29,169 bases of DNA, from positions 1 through 29,169 of the forward strand of contig JBFRWI010000114.1 of NCBI GenBank assembly GCA_051439505.1. Direction: 5' to 3'. Below the pieces are notes generated by a model. That model ran no database searches. It saw only the letters and a program-made list of their open reading frames with translations, and was not told where the DNA came from. The position numbers and the translations under genes were made by a program. Numbering within the stretch: position 1 is the first letter of the stretch; every line of letters starts with the position of its first letter. This DNA comes from Hormoscilla sp. Lineage in GTDB: Bacteria; Cyanobacteriota; Cyanobacteriia; Cyanobacteriales; Desertifilaceae. Shown here in pieces: positions 9,521-19,790 of the stretch.

Positions 9521-9583
9521 TGGCTAAATTGACAATCGCGATCGCACGTAGCGCACTGGGTATACGCAATTGTCAATTAGCCA
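9521..9583. terminator. Imperfect inverted repeat between convergent DUF3593 and dnaE
   Basis: TGGCTAAATTGACAAT...ATTGTCAATTAGCCA arms. Confidence 0.35.
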
Positions 9584-9586
9584 AAT

Positions 9587-12500
9587 TCAATTTACAGATA
9601 TATTCATGAGAGCAGCAGGACGAGAAGAGTGGGCATTATTAATAATTTTGACGGCATTTTCTGGATCTTGCACCCAGAATTTATGTCCGAAACGAATCAC
9701 TCGACGGAGATGAAAGTCTTTACCCTCGACGATCGCGATCGTGGGAGCTTTGGGTTTATTAGTCTCTCCTGAGAGGTCTTTCAACCGTAATGACAGTCGC
9801 TCGTGAAATCGCTGACTGCTAGCCATCTCTGATGTCAGTTTCAGCACCACCAGGTAATTGGGTTCAATTTGGACAGCATCTGACACCATCAGCAACCACC
9901 TTTCGGCATCATGTTGTTGCGCTTTCCCCCAAAGGATGACAAAGCTGTCCTCTCTCAGAAATGAGCCAATTTTCCGATACAGATTTGGTTTAACTATGGC
10001 CATACCCGATCCAGTCAAGTCCTCAAGCCGCAGAAATGTCAGGCGCGAGTCCTCTGGTTTATCTTCTTGCTGAGAGACATCTGCGATCGTCGCAACCACC
10101 CTGACAGTTACATGGGACTGCTGTTGTGAAAGCTGGTTGAGTTCGATCGGATCGAGACCCAGTTTTTTCGCTGTCAACTGTACGGACTTGAGATGCTGGA
10201 GTTTTTGCCGATCTATTTCACCTTTTGTTTGGGTTGACGAGATCGCGCGATCGCTCTGTTGAAAAACGTATTCCTGCTGCGACGTACTCACGCGCACCAA
10301 CCGCTGCTCCGAGTTGGCGATCGACTTATTTTCTTCTGGTTCTGACTGAGGTTTCATCTCGATCTCCTGCTGTTCTGCTGGCCGATCTTCTGAGGATATC
10401 GAGGATACTTCCCGATCCTCATTCCCATCGGCCATCGGGAACCGCTCTATTTCCGGTTCCGACTGGGGCACTGTTTCGGAAAAATCAGACTCCATCAACT
10501 GCTCTTCTGCTAGTTTAGCATCATTCTGGGGTACTGTCAGGGAAAAATCGTCCGACATCGACTGCTCTTCTGGTGGCAGTAAGTCATCTATTAGTTTAGC
10601 ATCATCCTGGGGCACTGTTTCGGAAACATCCGACTCCATCAACTGCTCTTCTGGTGGCAGTAAGCCATCTCTTTCTAGTTCCCACTGGGGCAACCTTTCC
10701 TGCTGTTGTGCTCGTTGAACATCATCCACGATTAACTGCACTTTTTGTTCGTCCTGGCGATCTGGTTTTCCCGTGAGCACCATCGCCTCATCTGTGACCA
10801 GTAACTTTTCAATATTTTCATAAGTTTTTGGAAAGACGATCGCTTCTGCTTTCCCTGTCAGGTCTTCTATTTGCAAAAATGCCATGCGATCGCCCTTTTT
10901 CGTGATATGATGCTTTACCTCTGTCAGCATCACCAGAACTGTAATTGGTTTTCTGCCTTTTTCCTCTAGCTTGTCCAAATCTATGGCATCTTCCGGTCGC
11001 TGCACCGATGTCAAGGGATGATCCGAAACGTAATATCCCAAGTATTCCTTTTCAAACTGCAACTTCTCCCGATCCGTAAAATCCTTAACAAACGGTAGCT
11101 CCGGAGCCGGAGCCTTAAAGTTTTCCATGTCAAAAAGGGTCATCTGCAAGCCTGAGTTGAGGCTATTTTTATTTTTCTTCTGCGCCCATTCTGTCACCTT
11201 GGGCAGATATTCTAATAATTGCTTGCGATTATCGTTTATCCGATCGAATGCTCCACATTTGATTAAAGCTTCCAACGCCCGTTTGTTTAACCCCTGCAAA
11301 TCTCGGCGATCGCACATTTCGGCCAGATTCTGAAACTCTCCACCCTCTTCCCGGGCCTTAATAATCGAGTCTATTGCAATTGTACCCAAATTTTTCACCG
11401 CCGACAGTCCGAATAAAATCTTTTTGCCCTCTGGAACGGGCATAAATTTATTTCCCGATCGATTAATATCCGGTCCTTCAACTTCAATGCCTATTTTCTT
11501 ACAATTAGCGATATATTTTTGCACCTTATCCTGGTCGGAGCTATTTTCACTCAGCAGCACCGCCATGTATTCTTCGGGATAGTTCGCCTTTAAGTAAGCT
11601 GTTTGATAGGTAACATAGGCATAGGCCGTGGAATGAGATTTGTTAAAGCAATATTCGGCAAACTTCACCATTTGCTCGAATAAAGATTCTGCTATTTTCG
11701 TCTTGACTCCATTTCTCGTGGAACCGTCTATAAACCTCTCTCGATGCTTTTGCATCTCATCCACTTTTTTCTTTCCGATGCAGTTGTGAGCAATGAAGTC
11801 ATTGGCAATCAAGTTGTGCGTCGATCTAATTGTCAAGTCAAATACTTCTTCATCACCGATATATTCAATAGAAACTATCCGATCCCAAAAAACCTCTGAT
11901 TCCGCGATATTCATTAATTCTGGATCCTGGAATGCTGTAGCAAAATTTTGCACTCTATGTCGTGACAAACTCTTAGTTGAACTTTTCTGGAAATTTAAGC
12001 CAGAAGACATCGTTCCTTGCTTTGCTCCCACAGACAGATCGATTTCTGCCCAAGTCATCCCACTAGCTTTTTTCGCCTTAGCAATTATCCCGATTACTTC
12101 CGCAGGAATCGTATGCTTAGAATTGTTAGGCTGTTTATCTTTAATAACTAAATAACATTTTTGTGCCTTTTCCCACTTATCGCTACTTAGGTAAGGCTGA
12201 ACCAGTTCGCAGAATTTGAGCATATCCTCACGTCCGGTGATTTGCGCTCGATAAGAGATATGAGGATTACCTTTATACTTAATTTTCTTGACATTGAAGA
12301 GGGCCACAATTCCCAGGCGCAAGAGTAGATGCTGAACTTGTATGATTAATACTGATGAGGTTGACGTGTAATCTGCATGTCCGAGTCTCGTGTCAAAGCT
12401 CCCATCTGTTGACCATAAGGTTCCCAAGAAAAGTTGTAACTGGCTCTTCGATAGTAAATACACCCAACTGGGAATCTCTTTATCTCTGGAATGAGCGCGT

Positions 12501-15337
12501 TTTACATGGCTATCTACCCAACAGTTAAAGGCTGACACAAAACCAATTCTAGCATAGAACACTGATTTACGACCGGGATGTAACTGATAATCTACTGGTG
12601 CAGTTGATCCAAATAGTTTATAGGCACAATCATTGAAATCAGCAATTAACTCCATATCGCTATTGCAGAAATAACTAGAAGCAGGCTTCTTAGTGGAAAG
12701 ATGACCATCTCCCAACAAATAAGCCACTAGCTTGATTTGAGCGTCTGATATTTCACTGCTATGATCTATCGGGATGTTTTTGGCCAGGCCAATGCGATCG
12801 CCCACCTGAAAATCTCCCAGAGGCTTCCATCCTAACAGGGTGTAGAAAAGATGATCCGCCGTTGCCCTAATTTTGCGGTTAGTTTTGGTGGTAATTTCCC
12901 AAACAGAGCGCATCCCATTAGGATAAATTTCGTCTATTGGCTGCTGCGTCATCTTCTGGGTCTGCAAATCCAGGGAGAATACTTTTCTACGCAGCCAATA
13001 CTCTGGGTTGGAGGCAATTTCACTCAGGGCTACCTTAGCACCGGTTGCTGCATCTATTATTTCAGTTGAGCCACTCAAGCAGCGACGCAATAAGTCCGCT
13101 TGACCCAAGGAATATCCTCCTAAGTCCTGAGCGATTCTCATGATTTGCTCTTGGTAGACCATCACCGCATAAGTTTCTTTGAGAATCGGCTCTAACATGG
13201 GATGTTCGTATTCAATGGGTTCCCGACCGTGCTTGCGATCGATAAATTTATCCACCAGACCCGCATCCAAAGGTCCAGGTCGGTACAGGGCCAGAATCGA
13301 AGATATATCTTCTATATTATCCGGCTTCAATTTCTGCACCACCTGACGCATTCCCGAAGATTCCAATTGAAATATTCCTTCGAGATCTCCTTTCCCTAGC
13401 AGTTCGTAAGTATTTTTAATATCTTCGGGGATTTTATTTGCCGTTCCTTTGGCAATAATTTCCCAAGCTTTTCTCTCATCTAGAGGTAACCGGTCTGGAT
13501 CTATATCTCTTTGATGATTTTTTTTAATCAATTCTACCGTATTCTGGATAATTGTCAAGTTTTTCAATCCCAGAAAGTCCATTTTTAACAGACCCAGAGA
13601 TTCCAATTCTTCCATAGAATACTGGGTGGTCGCCCCCCCTTCATTATTCTTTTGCAGCGGCACAATTTCATCCAACGGTTCCGCTGAAATCACCACCCCC
13701 GCTGCATGCACGCCAGCGCTTTTGTTTGTCCCTTCCAACCGCATCGCCATATCTATCCACTGGCGGACCGGGATTTCGCCAGTGATTTCTCCCCGATCGT
13801 CTTTAACTGGAACTCTGCTATTTTCATATGCTTCTTTGAACTTCGGTTCCGGCGACTCATTAGAAATCATCTCCTTCAGTTTTGCTGGTTTCCCCCGCGC
13901 TACCGGGATGTATTTCGCCATCCGATCGGCGTCTCCGTAGGAAACCCCCAAAACTCTCGCCACATCTTTGAGCACCGCCTTGGAAGTCATCCGGTTAAAA
14001 GTAATGATTTGGGCTACCTTTTCTGCACCATACTTGTCCGTAACATATTTAATCATGTCATCCCTTCTTTCAATGCAGAAATCCGAGTCAATATCCGGCA
14101 TTGATTTCCGTTCGGGATTGAGAAATCGTTCAAATAGCAGTCCGTGATGTACCGGATCTATATTAGTTATTTTCAGGGCATAGGCCACCAGCGAACCCGC
14201 TGCACTTCCCCGTCCCGGCCCCACGGGAATCTTATTTTCTCTGGCATAATTTATATAATCCCAAACCACTAAAAAGTAACTGGAAAATTTCTTTTCCTGC
14301 ATTACTTTTAGCTCAATTTCCAACCGTTCTTTATATTCGGGATAGCGACTTTCTATTTCCTTGCGGCCTTTGCATTTTAGCCGTTCTTCCAGTCCTTCCC
14401 ATGTTTTTTCCTCCAGAAAACTATCTGGTGTATGGCCTTCCACCTGATAATTGGGGATGCGCGGTGCCCCCATTATCTCATATTTTTGCACCACCTTATC
14501 CGCCACTTCTACCGTGTTCGCGATCGCCTCTTCGATCGCCTTATCTGGTAAATGATCTCTAAACAACTGCTTCATCTCATCAGCTGACTTTAGATACTCC
14601 GTCCCGCTGTAGCGAAAAGCCCGCTTTTCATCATTATACAACTTATTCGTGTTAATACATAGCAGGGCATCGTGAGCTTCAACATCATAGCTGGAAATAT
14701 AATGGGAATCATTGGTCGCCACAATTTTGATTCCCAGTTCCTGGGCCATCTCCCAGATTTCCACATTAACTATTCTATCTTCCCAGTAACCGTGATCTTG
14801 AATCTCTAAATAGTAATCATCTCCAAATATTTCCTTGTACCATTTTGCCACCTCCCAAGCTTCTTCTGCTCGATCGTTTAGAATTAGCTTTGGCACTTCT
14901 CCCGATCTGCAACCACTGGTAACTATCAGACCTTCATGGTATTCTGCCAGCCATTCTTTCTGAATGCAAGGACGGGCAAATATTCCGCTTCCCTGCTTTC
15001 CCTCCAGATGTGACTTTGTCGTCAGCTTCACTAAGTTTTTATAGCCCTCTGTATTTTTCGCCAGCACCGTTTGGTGATGGTTCCTAAAATATTCTTTATC
15101 CTTTTTAATTGTTTTAATTGTCTTATTTACCACATACATTTCATTGCCAATAATTGGCTTAATGTTTTTTTCCCTGCAAACCTTGATCAGCTCGATCGCC
15201 CCATACATTACCCCGTGATCCGTTAGGGCGATCGCCGGCATTCCCAACTCCTTAGCTCTATCTACCAATAGTGGCAGTTGAGAAGCCCCATCCAGCAAAC
15301 TATAATCACTGTGAATATGTAGACCTACAAAAGACAT
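9587..15337 (-). CDS. dnaE: DNA polymerase III alpha subunit, contiguous, intein-containing precursor (about 1483 aa after splicing)
   Basis: PHP domain ([15 protein letters not shown]), GRGSAAGS, catalytic [27 protein letters not shown], HhH region and OB-fold. Confidence 0.96.
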   Translation of the reverse strand: MSFVGLHIHSDYSLLDGASQLPLLVDRAKELGMPAIALTDHGVMYGAIELIKVCREKNIKPIIGNEMYVVNKTIKTIKKDKEYFRNHHQTVLAKNTEGYKNLVKLTTKSHLEGKQGSGIFARPCIQKEWLAEYHEGLIVTSGCRSGEVPKLILNDRAEEAWEVAKWYKEIFGDDYYLEIQDHGYWEDRIVNVEIWEMAQELGIKIVATNDSHYISSYDVEAHDALLCINTNKLYNDEKRAFRYSGTEYLKSADEMKQLFRDHLPDKAIEEAIANTVEVADKVVQKYEIMGAPRIPNYQVEGHTPDSFLEEKTWEGLEERLKCKGRKEIESRYPEYKERLEIELKVMQEKKFSSYFLVVWDYINYARENKIPVGPGRGSAAGSLVAYALKITNIDPVHHGLLFERFLNPERKSMPDIDSDFCIERRDDMIKYVTDKYGAEKVAQIITFNRMTSKAVLKDVARVLGVSYGDADRMAKYIPVARGKPAKLKEMISNESPEPKFKEAYENSRVPVKDDRGEITGEIPVRQWIDMAMRLEGTNKSAGVHAAGVVISAEPLDEIVPLQKNNEGGATTQYSMEELESLGLLKMDFLGLKNLTIIQNTVELIKKNHQRDIDPDRLPLDERKAWEIIAKGTANKIPEDIKNTYELLGKGDLEGIFQLESSGMRQVVQKLKPDNIEDISSILALYRPGPLDAGLVDKFIDRKHGREPIEYEHPMLEPILKETYAVMVYQEQIMRIAQDLGGYSLGQADLLRRCLSGSTEIIDAATGAKVALSEIASNPEYWLRRKVFSLDLQTQKMTQQPIDEIYPNGMRSVWEITTKTNRKIRATADHLFYTLLGWKPLGDFQVGDRIGLAKNIPIDHSSEISDAQIKLVAYLLGDGHLSTKKPASSYFCNSDMELIADFNDCAYKLFGSTAPVDYQLHPGRKSVFYARIGFVSAFNCWVDSHVKRAHSRDKEIPSWVYLLSKSQLQLFLGTLWSTDGSFDTRLGHADYTSTSSVLIIQVQHLLLRLGIVALFNVKKIKYKGNPHISYRAQITGREDMLKFCELVQPYLSSDKWEKAQKCYLVIKDKQPNNSKHTIPAEVIGIIAKAKKASGMTWAEIDLSVGAKQGTMSSGLNFQKSSTKSLSRHRVQNFATAFQDPELMNIAESEVFWDRIVSIEYIGDEEVFDLTIRSTHNLIANDFIAHNCIGKKKVDEMQKHRERFIDGSTRNGVKTKIAESLFEQMVKFAEYCFNKSHSTAYAYVTYQTAYLKANYPEEYMAVLLSENSSDQDKVQKYIANCKKIGIEVEGPDINRSGNKFMPVPEGKKILFGLSAVKNLGTIAIDSIIKAREEGGEFQNLAEMCDRRDLQGLNKRALEALIKCGAFDRINDNRKQLLEYLPKVTEWAQKKNKNSLNSGLQMTLFDMENFKAPAPELPFVKDFTDREKLQFEKEYLGYYVSDHPLTSVQRPEDAIDLDKLEEKGRKPITVLVMLTEVKHHITKKGDRMAFLQIEDLTGKAEAIVFPKTYENIEKLLVTDEAMVLTGKPDRQDEQKVQLIVDDVQRAQQQERLPQWELERDGLLPPEEQLMESDVSETVPQDDAKLIDDLLPPEEQSMSDDFSLTVPQNDAKLAEEQLMESDFSETVPQSEPEIERFPMADGNEDREVSSISSEDRPAEQQEIEMKPQSEPEENKSIANSEQRLVRVSTSQQEYVFQQSDRAISSTQTKGEIDRQKLQHLKSVQLTAKKLGLDPIELNQLSQQQSHVTVRVVATIADVSQQEDKPEDSRLTFLRLEDLTGSGMAIVKPNLYRKIGSFLREDSFVILWGKAQQHDAERWLLMVSDAVQIEPNYLVVLKLTSEMASSQRFHERLSLRLKDLSGETNKPKAPTIAIVEGKDFHLRRVIRFGHKFWVQDPENAVKIINNAHSSRPAALMNISVN
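10463..10670 (-). repeat. In-frame tandem repeat (3 imperfect copies) encoding an acidic linker in DnaE
   Basis: [24 protein letters not shown] / [24 protein letters not shown] / [19 protein letters not shown] repeats CTGCTCTTCTGGTGGCAGTAAG 81 nt apart. Confidence 0.85.
11783..13081 (-). mobile_element. Cis-splicing intein with LAGLIDADG homing endonuclease (433 aa, precursor residues 753-1185)
   Basis: N-terminal CLSGSTEI after ADLLRR. Block [19 protein letters not shown]-like VAYLLGDG and LGTLWSTDG. Block [25 protein letters not shown] followed by Cys+1. Removal restores ADLLRR-CIGKKK. Confidence 0.95.
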
Positions 15338-15341
15338 TCTT

Positions 15342-15441
15342 GCTAATTGTTAATTGCTAATTGTTAATTGCTATCGAATTATTGTGGGCCGTGCCCACCC
15401 TACCATTGCTGTCGAGTTATGGTGGGCCGTGCCCACCTTAC
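15342..15441. repeat. Heptamer repeat (G[C/T]TAATT x4) and two REP-like family B palindromes between gatA and dnaE
   Basis: GCTAATT GTTAATT GCTAATT GTTAATT at 15342-15369; GTGGGCCGTGCCCACCCTAC at 15384-15403; GGTGGGCCGTGCCCACCTTAC at 15421-15441. Confidence 0.75.
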
Positions 15442-15465
15442 CCATCTCCCGAACCAATTTTACCA

Positions 15466-16920
15466 CTAAATCGAGGGAGTTTTTAGATGCCACTCCGTCG
15501 TTTGCTCGTAGGCATTTGCCACTTGCAACAGCAGATCTTCTCGCAACACATTACCTATCAATTGTAGACCGATCGGGAGTCCTTTGTCATCAAATCCACA
15601 GGGGATACTTACAGCCGGCAGTCCTGCCAGATTCACCGGGATAGTCATCAAGTCCAATAAGTACATACTCAAAGGATCTTCTGTTTTTTCCCCCGCCTTA
15701 AAAGCGGTAGTCGGAGCCGTCGGACAGGCCAATATATCTACCTTAGCAAAAACTCGATTGAAATCCTCCTTAATTAAAGTCCGAACCTTTTGGGCCTTGA
15801 GATAGTAGGCATCATAATACCCCGCCGAAAGAGCATAAGTCCCAATCATAATCCGGCGTTTGACTTCGGCCCCGAAGCCAACAGAGCGAGTCTTGCCATA
15901 CATCGATAGGAGATTCTCACCGGACGCCCGCAATCCATATTTTACCCCATCATAACGGGCCAGATTTGCTGACGCTTCCGAAGGCGCAATGATATAGTAA
16001 GCTGGCAGACCGTAGCGGAAACGGGGACAAGAAACTATCTGCACCTCGACTCCCAAGTCTTGTATATGTTCGACAGCTTTCTTTACCGCTTCTTCTACTA
16101 CCGGTTCTAATCCCGCCCCAAAGGTTTCTGCAATCACCCCAATTCTCAATTGTCCCCTGGACTTGAGATTTGGTTTGAGCATCTCCACATAGTCGGGCAC
16201 CTCAACCTTCAGACTGGTGGCATCTTTGGGATCGTAACCCGCGATCGCCTGCAACAGAATCGCCGCATCTTCCACCGTGCGACCAAATGGCCCAATCTGA
16301 TCCAGAGACGAAGCAAAAGCCACCAAACCATAGCGAGACACCCGACCGTAAGTAGGTTTCATGCCGAAGATGCCGCAGAACGATGCCGGTTGGCGAATCG
16401 AGCCTCCCGTATCCGAACCCACAGCCACCACTGATTCAGATGATGCTACCGCCGCCGCCGATCCACCGGAGGAACCCCCCGGCACCCGGGATAGATCCCA
16501 AGGGTTAGCCGTTCCTTCATAAGCAGAAGTCTCCGTAGAACCTCCCATCGCGAACTCGTCCAGATTCGTTTTCCCCACCATCACCGCACCCGCCGCTGCC
16601 AGTTTTTCTGTCACCGTTGAGGAGTAAGGCGGCACAAAACCTTCCAGAATGCGGGAACCGCAAGTTGTGGGGATCCCTTCAGTGCAGAGATTATCCTTGA
16701 TGGCGATCGGGATCCCTGCTAGCAGCCCTATTTCTTCTCCGGCAGCTATTTTCGCATCCACTGCCTTTGCCTGTTCCATCGCCCGATCGGCTGTCACGCA
16801 CAAGAAGCTGTGTAACTTTGGCTCCAAGGTCTCTATGCGATCGAGGGCTGCTTGGGTTATTTCTGTAGCCGAACGCTCTTTATTTATCAGTTGACCGTGC
16901 AACTCGCGAATGGATGTCAT
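15466..16920 (-). CDS. gatA: Asp-tRNA(Asn)/Glu-tRNA(Gln) amidotransferase subunit A
   Basis: Amidase signature [25 protein letters not shown], plus SANLARYDG and [14 protein letters not shown]. Confidence 0.97.
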   Translation of the reverse strand: MTSIRELHGQLINKERSATEITQAALDRIETLEPKLHSFLCVTADRAMEQAKAVDAKIAAGEEIGLLAGIPIAIKDNLCTEGIPTTCGSRILEGFVPPYSSTVTEKLAAAGAVMVGKTNLDEFAMGGSTETSAYEGTANPWDLSRVPGGSSGGSAAAVASSESVVAVGSDTGGSIRQPASFCGIFGMKPTYGRVSRYGLVAFASSLDQIGPFGRTVEDAAILLQAIAGYDPKDATSLKVEVPDYVEMLKPNLKSRGQLRIGVIAETFGAGLEPVVEEAVKKAVEHIQDLGVEVQIVSCPRFRYGLPAYYIIAPSEASANLARYDGVKYGLRASGENLLSMYGKTRSVGFGAEVKRRIMIGTYALSAGYYDAYYLKAQKVRTLIKEDFNRVFAKVDILACPTAPTTAFKAGEKTEDPLSMYLLDLMTIPVNLAGLPAVSIPCGFDDKGLPIGLQLIGNVLREDLLLQVANAYEQTTEWHLKTPSI

Positions 16921-17314
16921 ACTCTTACCTTCTTCTTACTTCCGTCCCGATTTTACTATCAGCCCAGCCCATCTCTTTTCTCTATCCTACCACTCTCAGC
17001 TTTTCTTTTTATGCAAATTTCATGCTGTTTATCATTCTTTCTTCATCATCTATAGTCTCGTCAAATATTTTTTCCCAAATCTACCTTCTACCATCAAACT
17101 CCTTTTATTCTCTTACTCTCGATCGATTATTCATGCTTTAGTCCGATCGAATCAATATACACCGACAAGCATTGATAAAGTACAAATTCCATAAGTGCGA
17201 TCGCCACTGAAAGTAGTCGCGATCGCCTTGCCGCTGCTGATAGTTCAGCAGCGCTGACAGCAGGGTAACAGACAGGACAGATGTCCAGGGTCTGAGTCAG
17301 ACCATAGAAAAATT

Positions 17315-17602
17315 TTACATCTGGCCGCTGAGGACCGGTGTCCTAGCTGCTGCCATCGTCAACTCCCCCACCCATTCTTCAAAAATTGTCAGATTTACCG
17401 GTTTGCAGCGCTTAACCACAACTGTAATTCCCTGCGCGCCTTCCTTTTCCAAGTCTTCTATGTATCCTGACTGGGCTACTTCCGCTTCATTCTTGTTCGC
17501 AAAAGGTCCGAAATAGTAGGTGCAACGGGGGGTATCGGTGACAATTTCCACCCACCATGCTAAACCCAGGGCGTTCAGCGAGTTCATCATCAGTTCTTTC
17601 AT
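17315..17602 (-). CDS. DUF1816 family protein
   Basis: GLAWWVEIVTDTPRCTYYFGPF...GYIEDLEKEGA...KRCKP signature. Confidence 0.88.
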   Translation of the reverse strand: MKELMMNSLNALGLAWWVEIVTDTPRCTYYFGPFANKNEAEVAQSGYIEDLEKEGAQGITVVVKRCKPVNLTIFEEWVGELTMAAARTPVLSGQM

Positions 17603-17694
17603 TTCTTTTACCTCTTTATCAATGTTTGAGCGATATTATCCAGCGGTCTACAAATGTTTGAGCGATCGTCCGGCGATCGACCGATGTTTTCTTC

Positions 17695-17722
17695 CTTACA
17701 TTTTGTTACATGCGGTTACCTT
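17695..17722. promoter_or_regulatory. Candidate HLR1 (RpaB) site upstream of DUF1816
   Basis: CTTACATT-tt-GTTACATG-cg-GTTACCTT, a 10-bp-period match to (G/T)TTACA(T/A)(T/A)-N2 with one mismatch per unit. Confidence 0.4.
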
Positions 17723-17736
17723 TCTTATGGAACTGC

Positions 17737-18666
17737 TTAACTATTCTTCACATTATGACCTAAATTCAAGGTATTTGCCCAGCGCTGACGAAAAATTTCA
17801 TAAAGACTCATGGCAGTTGCCACCGATGCATTCAAGGTGGGAGTATGTCCCAGCAGCGGGATCGAGACCAACAGGTCGCAGTAGCGTTGTGTCAACATAC
17901 TCAGACCTTCGCCTTCGGACCCTACCACCAACACCACCGGACCTGCGAACTTAACTGCATGTATTGGCTGACTGGCGGAGGCGGCAGTGCCATAGATCCA
18001 AAAACCAGCCTCTTTCAACTCTTCCAAGGCCCGACTGAGATTGACAACTCGGGCAACTGGAAAATATTCTAAAGATCCTGCCGCCACCTTCATCACCGTC
18101 GAAGTCACCCCGGAGGCCCGGCGTTGCGGGATCACCAGTCCCTGAGTCCCCAAAGCCTCTGCCGTGCGAATAATTGCACCTAGGTTTTGAGGATCGGTAA
18201 TGCCATCGGCTACCACCAGTACCGGTTGTTCTGAAACCGATTTGGCTTTGGCGATCAGTTCGCCCAGGTCAATGTAAGCGTAGGGCGCTACTTGAGCGGC
18301 CACACCCTGGTGATTAGCGCGACTGGTAATTTGGTCCAGACGCCGGTAGGAAACCTCATCGATAACAGTGCCAGTTGCCTTTGCTTGCAGCAACTGGGAG
18401 TGAAAGCGAGGATCGTAGCGCATGCGATCCGTGATCCAGACTCGGTTTAAGCGGCGCCTACCTCTCAGGGCCGCTAGGACAGTATGAATTCCGTAGATTA
18501 AATCAGTCTCTTGGTCAGTTGCTTGTGGATCGACTCCTGTAACTGCTGGTGGCCGATCGCTGCCTATACCTTGAGGGCCCGATCGCTTGATTTTGGGTTT
18601 ATCGGGTTTCCCTCGTTGAGACTGATGTTTTCGATTTTTCGCACAGCGTTCTTTTGGGGCTGCCAT
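17737..18666 (-). CDS. rlmB: 23S rRNA (guanosine2251-2'-O)-methyltransferase RlmB (TrmH/SpoU family)
   Basis: SPOUT motifs [33 protein letters not shown] and LNASVA. Confidence 0.92.
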   Translation of the reverse strand: MAAPKERCAKNRKHQSQRGKPDKPKIKRSGPQGIGSDRPPAVTGVDPQATDQETDLIYGIHTVLAALRGRRRLNRVWITDRMRYDPRFHSQLLQAKATGTVIDEVSYRRLDQITSRANHQGVAAQVAPYAYIDLGELIAKAKSVSEQPVLVVADGITDPQNLGAIIRTAEALGTQGLVIPQRRASGVTSTVMKVAAGSLEYFPVARVVNLSRALEELKEAGFWIYGTAASASQPIHAVKFAGPVVLVVGSEGEGLSMLTQRYCDLLVSIPLLGHTPTLNASVATAMSLYEIFRQRWANTLNLGHNVKNS

Positions 18667-18838
18667 AGAGTTGTCATTGCCTCATCTGGTAGTTTACTGT
18701 ATCAATCAGACATTTATCTGTCTGTCATCCTCGACACAATTTACACCAAAGTTGTCAGTAGTCAGTTGTCTGTAGCCTGTAGCCTGTAGCGCTGAGGACA
18801 AATCCCGCGTTGTTGATTGACAATTGATAATTGACAAT

Positions 18839-19252
18839 TCACAATTGAAAATTATCCAGAGCCAGCTGTGCCAACAGCTTGTTCAATCGCTGGCAGTCTG
18901 TGATGTATAGGTATCCGATCAAAGTCTCTAAGCTGGTAGCTTGCTGGTAGGTTTCGGGGTCTAAGCGCCGGGGACATCCTGTAGCGCCGTTCCGTCCGCG
19001 CTTCAAAATTTCCAGTTCCACCTCTGTGAGATGAGGTAATAGCGACTGCAAATGTCGTGCCTGACTTTCTGCTCGCACCTGGGCCACCACCCGATTATGA
19101 TAATCGCGCGATCGCTTGGGGGGCATTAGGTAATGTGTACGGATATGCAGCTCATAGACTGCATCTCCTAAATATGCTAAAGCAGAGGGCGAAAGTCGTT
19201 TGATATCTGCCGATGACAATTCTAACCCAGGCTGACTACTATTATACACCAC
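18839..19252 (-). CDS. mrnC: Mini-ribonuclease III
   Basis: LAYLGDAVYEL, KRGRN and YQQATSLETLIGYLY; no dsRBD; adjacent to rlmB. Exact start uncertain. Confidence 0.88.
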   Translation of the reverse strand: MVYNSSQPGLELSSADIKRLSPSALAYLGDAVYELHIRTHYLMPPKRSRDYHNRVVAQVRAESQARHLQSLLPHLTEVELEILKRGRNGATGCPRRLDPETYQQATSLETLIGYLYITDCQRLNKLLAQLALDNFQL

Positions 19253-19278
19253 ATCTTCTCAAATAGCAAACCGAGCGC

Positions 19279-19316
19279 AAAAAAAACCAGCTATCCAGAG
19301 GGTTTTCTGGATAGCT
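19279..19316 (-). terminator. Rho-independent terminator-like hairpin after the STAS gene
   Basis: 11-bp stem AGCTATCCAGA/TCTGGATAGCT followed on the minus strand by GG and an 8-T tract. Confidence 0.7.
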
Positions 19317-19334
19317 TTGATAGCGGTTGGTGGC

Positions 19335-19709
19335 TCAAGACTTCTTGTTCTGGACATGTTCGACAGCCTCATCTATCGAGTTCCGCAAGGACAAGAACTT
19401 CTCTAGTCGAACTAGCTTCACAGTTTGAGTCACGCGAGCATTTGAGATGATTTGCAAGGTGCCTTCGGAATTTTGAGCCTTCTTGACCAGTTGCACTAAT
19501 GCTCCTAGGCCAGAACTGTCAACAAAGTCTATCGTCGAAAGGTCCAAAATAATATTGCTCGGACCCTCATCGATATACATGCCGATCTGCTTGCGAAAGG
19601 CCGGTTCTGAAAAGGCGTCTAACAAACCAGTGAGGCGAAATAGTTGATAATTTTCCCTGACATCACGAGTGCCTCTTAAACTAACGGTCAGGGTTAGTGG
19701 CTCAGGAAT
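19335..19709 (-). CDS. STAS-domain anti-sigma factor antagonist
   Basis: LTGLLDAFS and phosphoacceptor motif DLSTIDFVDSSGLGALV. Start placed at ATT 19709 behind AGGAGG; the ORF-track alternative is ATG 19745. Confidence 0.88.
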   Translation of the reverse strand: MPEPLTLTVSLRGTRDVRENYQLFRLTGLLDAFSEPAFRKQIGMYIDEGPSNIILDLSTIDFVDSSGLGALVQLVKKAQNSEGTLQIISNARVTQTVKLVRLEKFLSLRNSIDEAVEHVQNKKS

Positions 19710-19790
19710 AAAACCCCCTCCTATTAATATTCTGCTTGGTTCCATCAGATCGATAATCTAGATTAACACGGGCAATGGGGTTCGTGCAAC

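Noticed and set aside
16852..17194. Short plus-strand ORFs upstream of gatA
   Set aside because: Low-complexity pyrimidine-rich sequence giving F/L/S-rich translations in all three frames, overlapping the gatA start; no coding signature.
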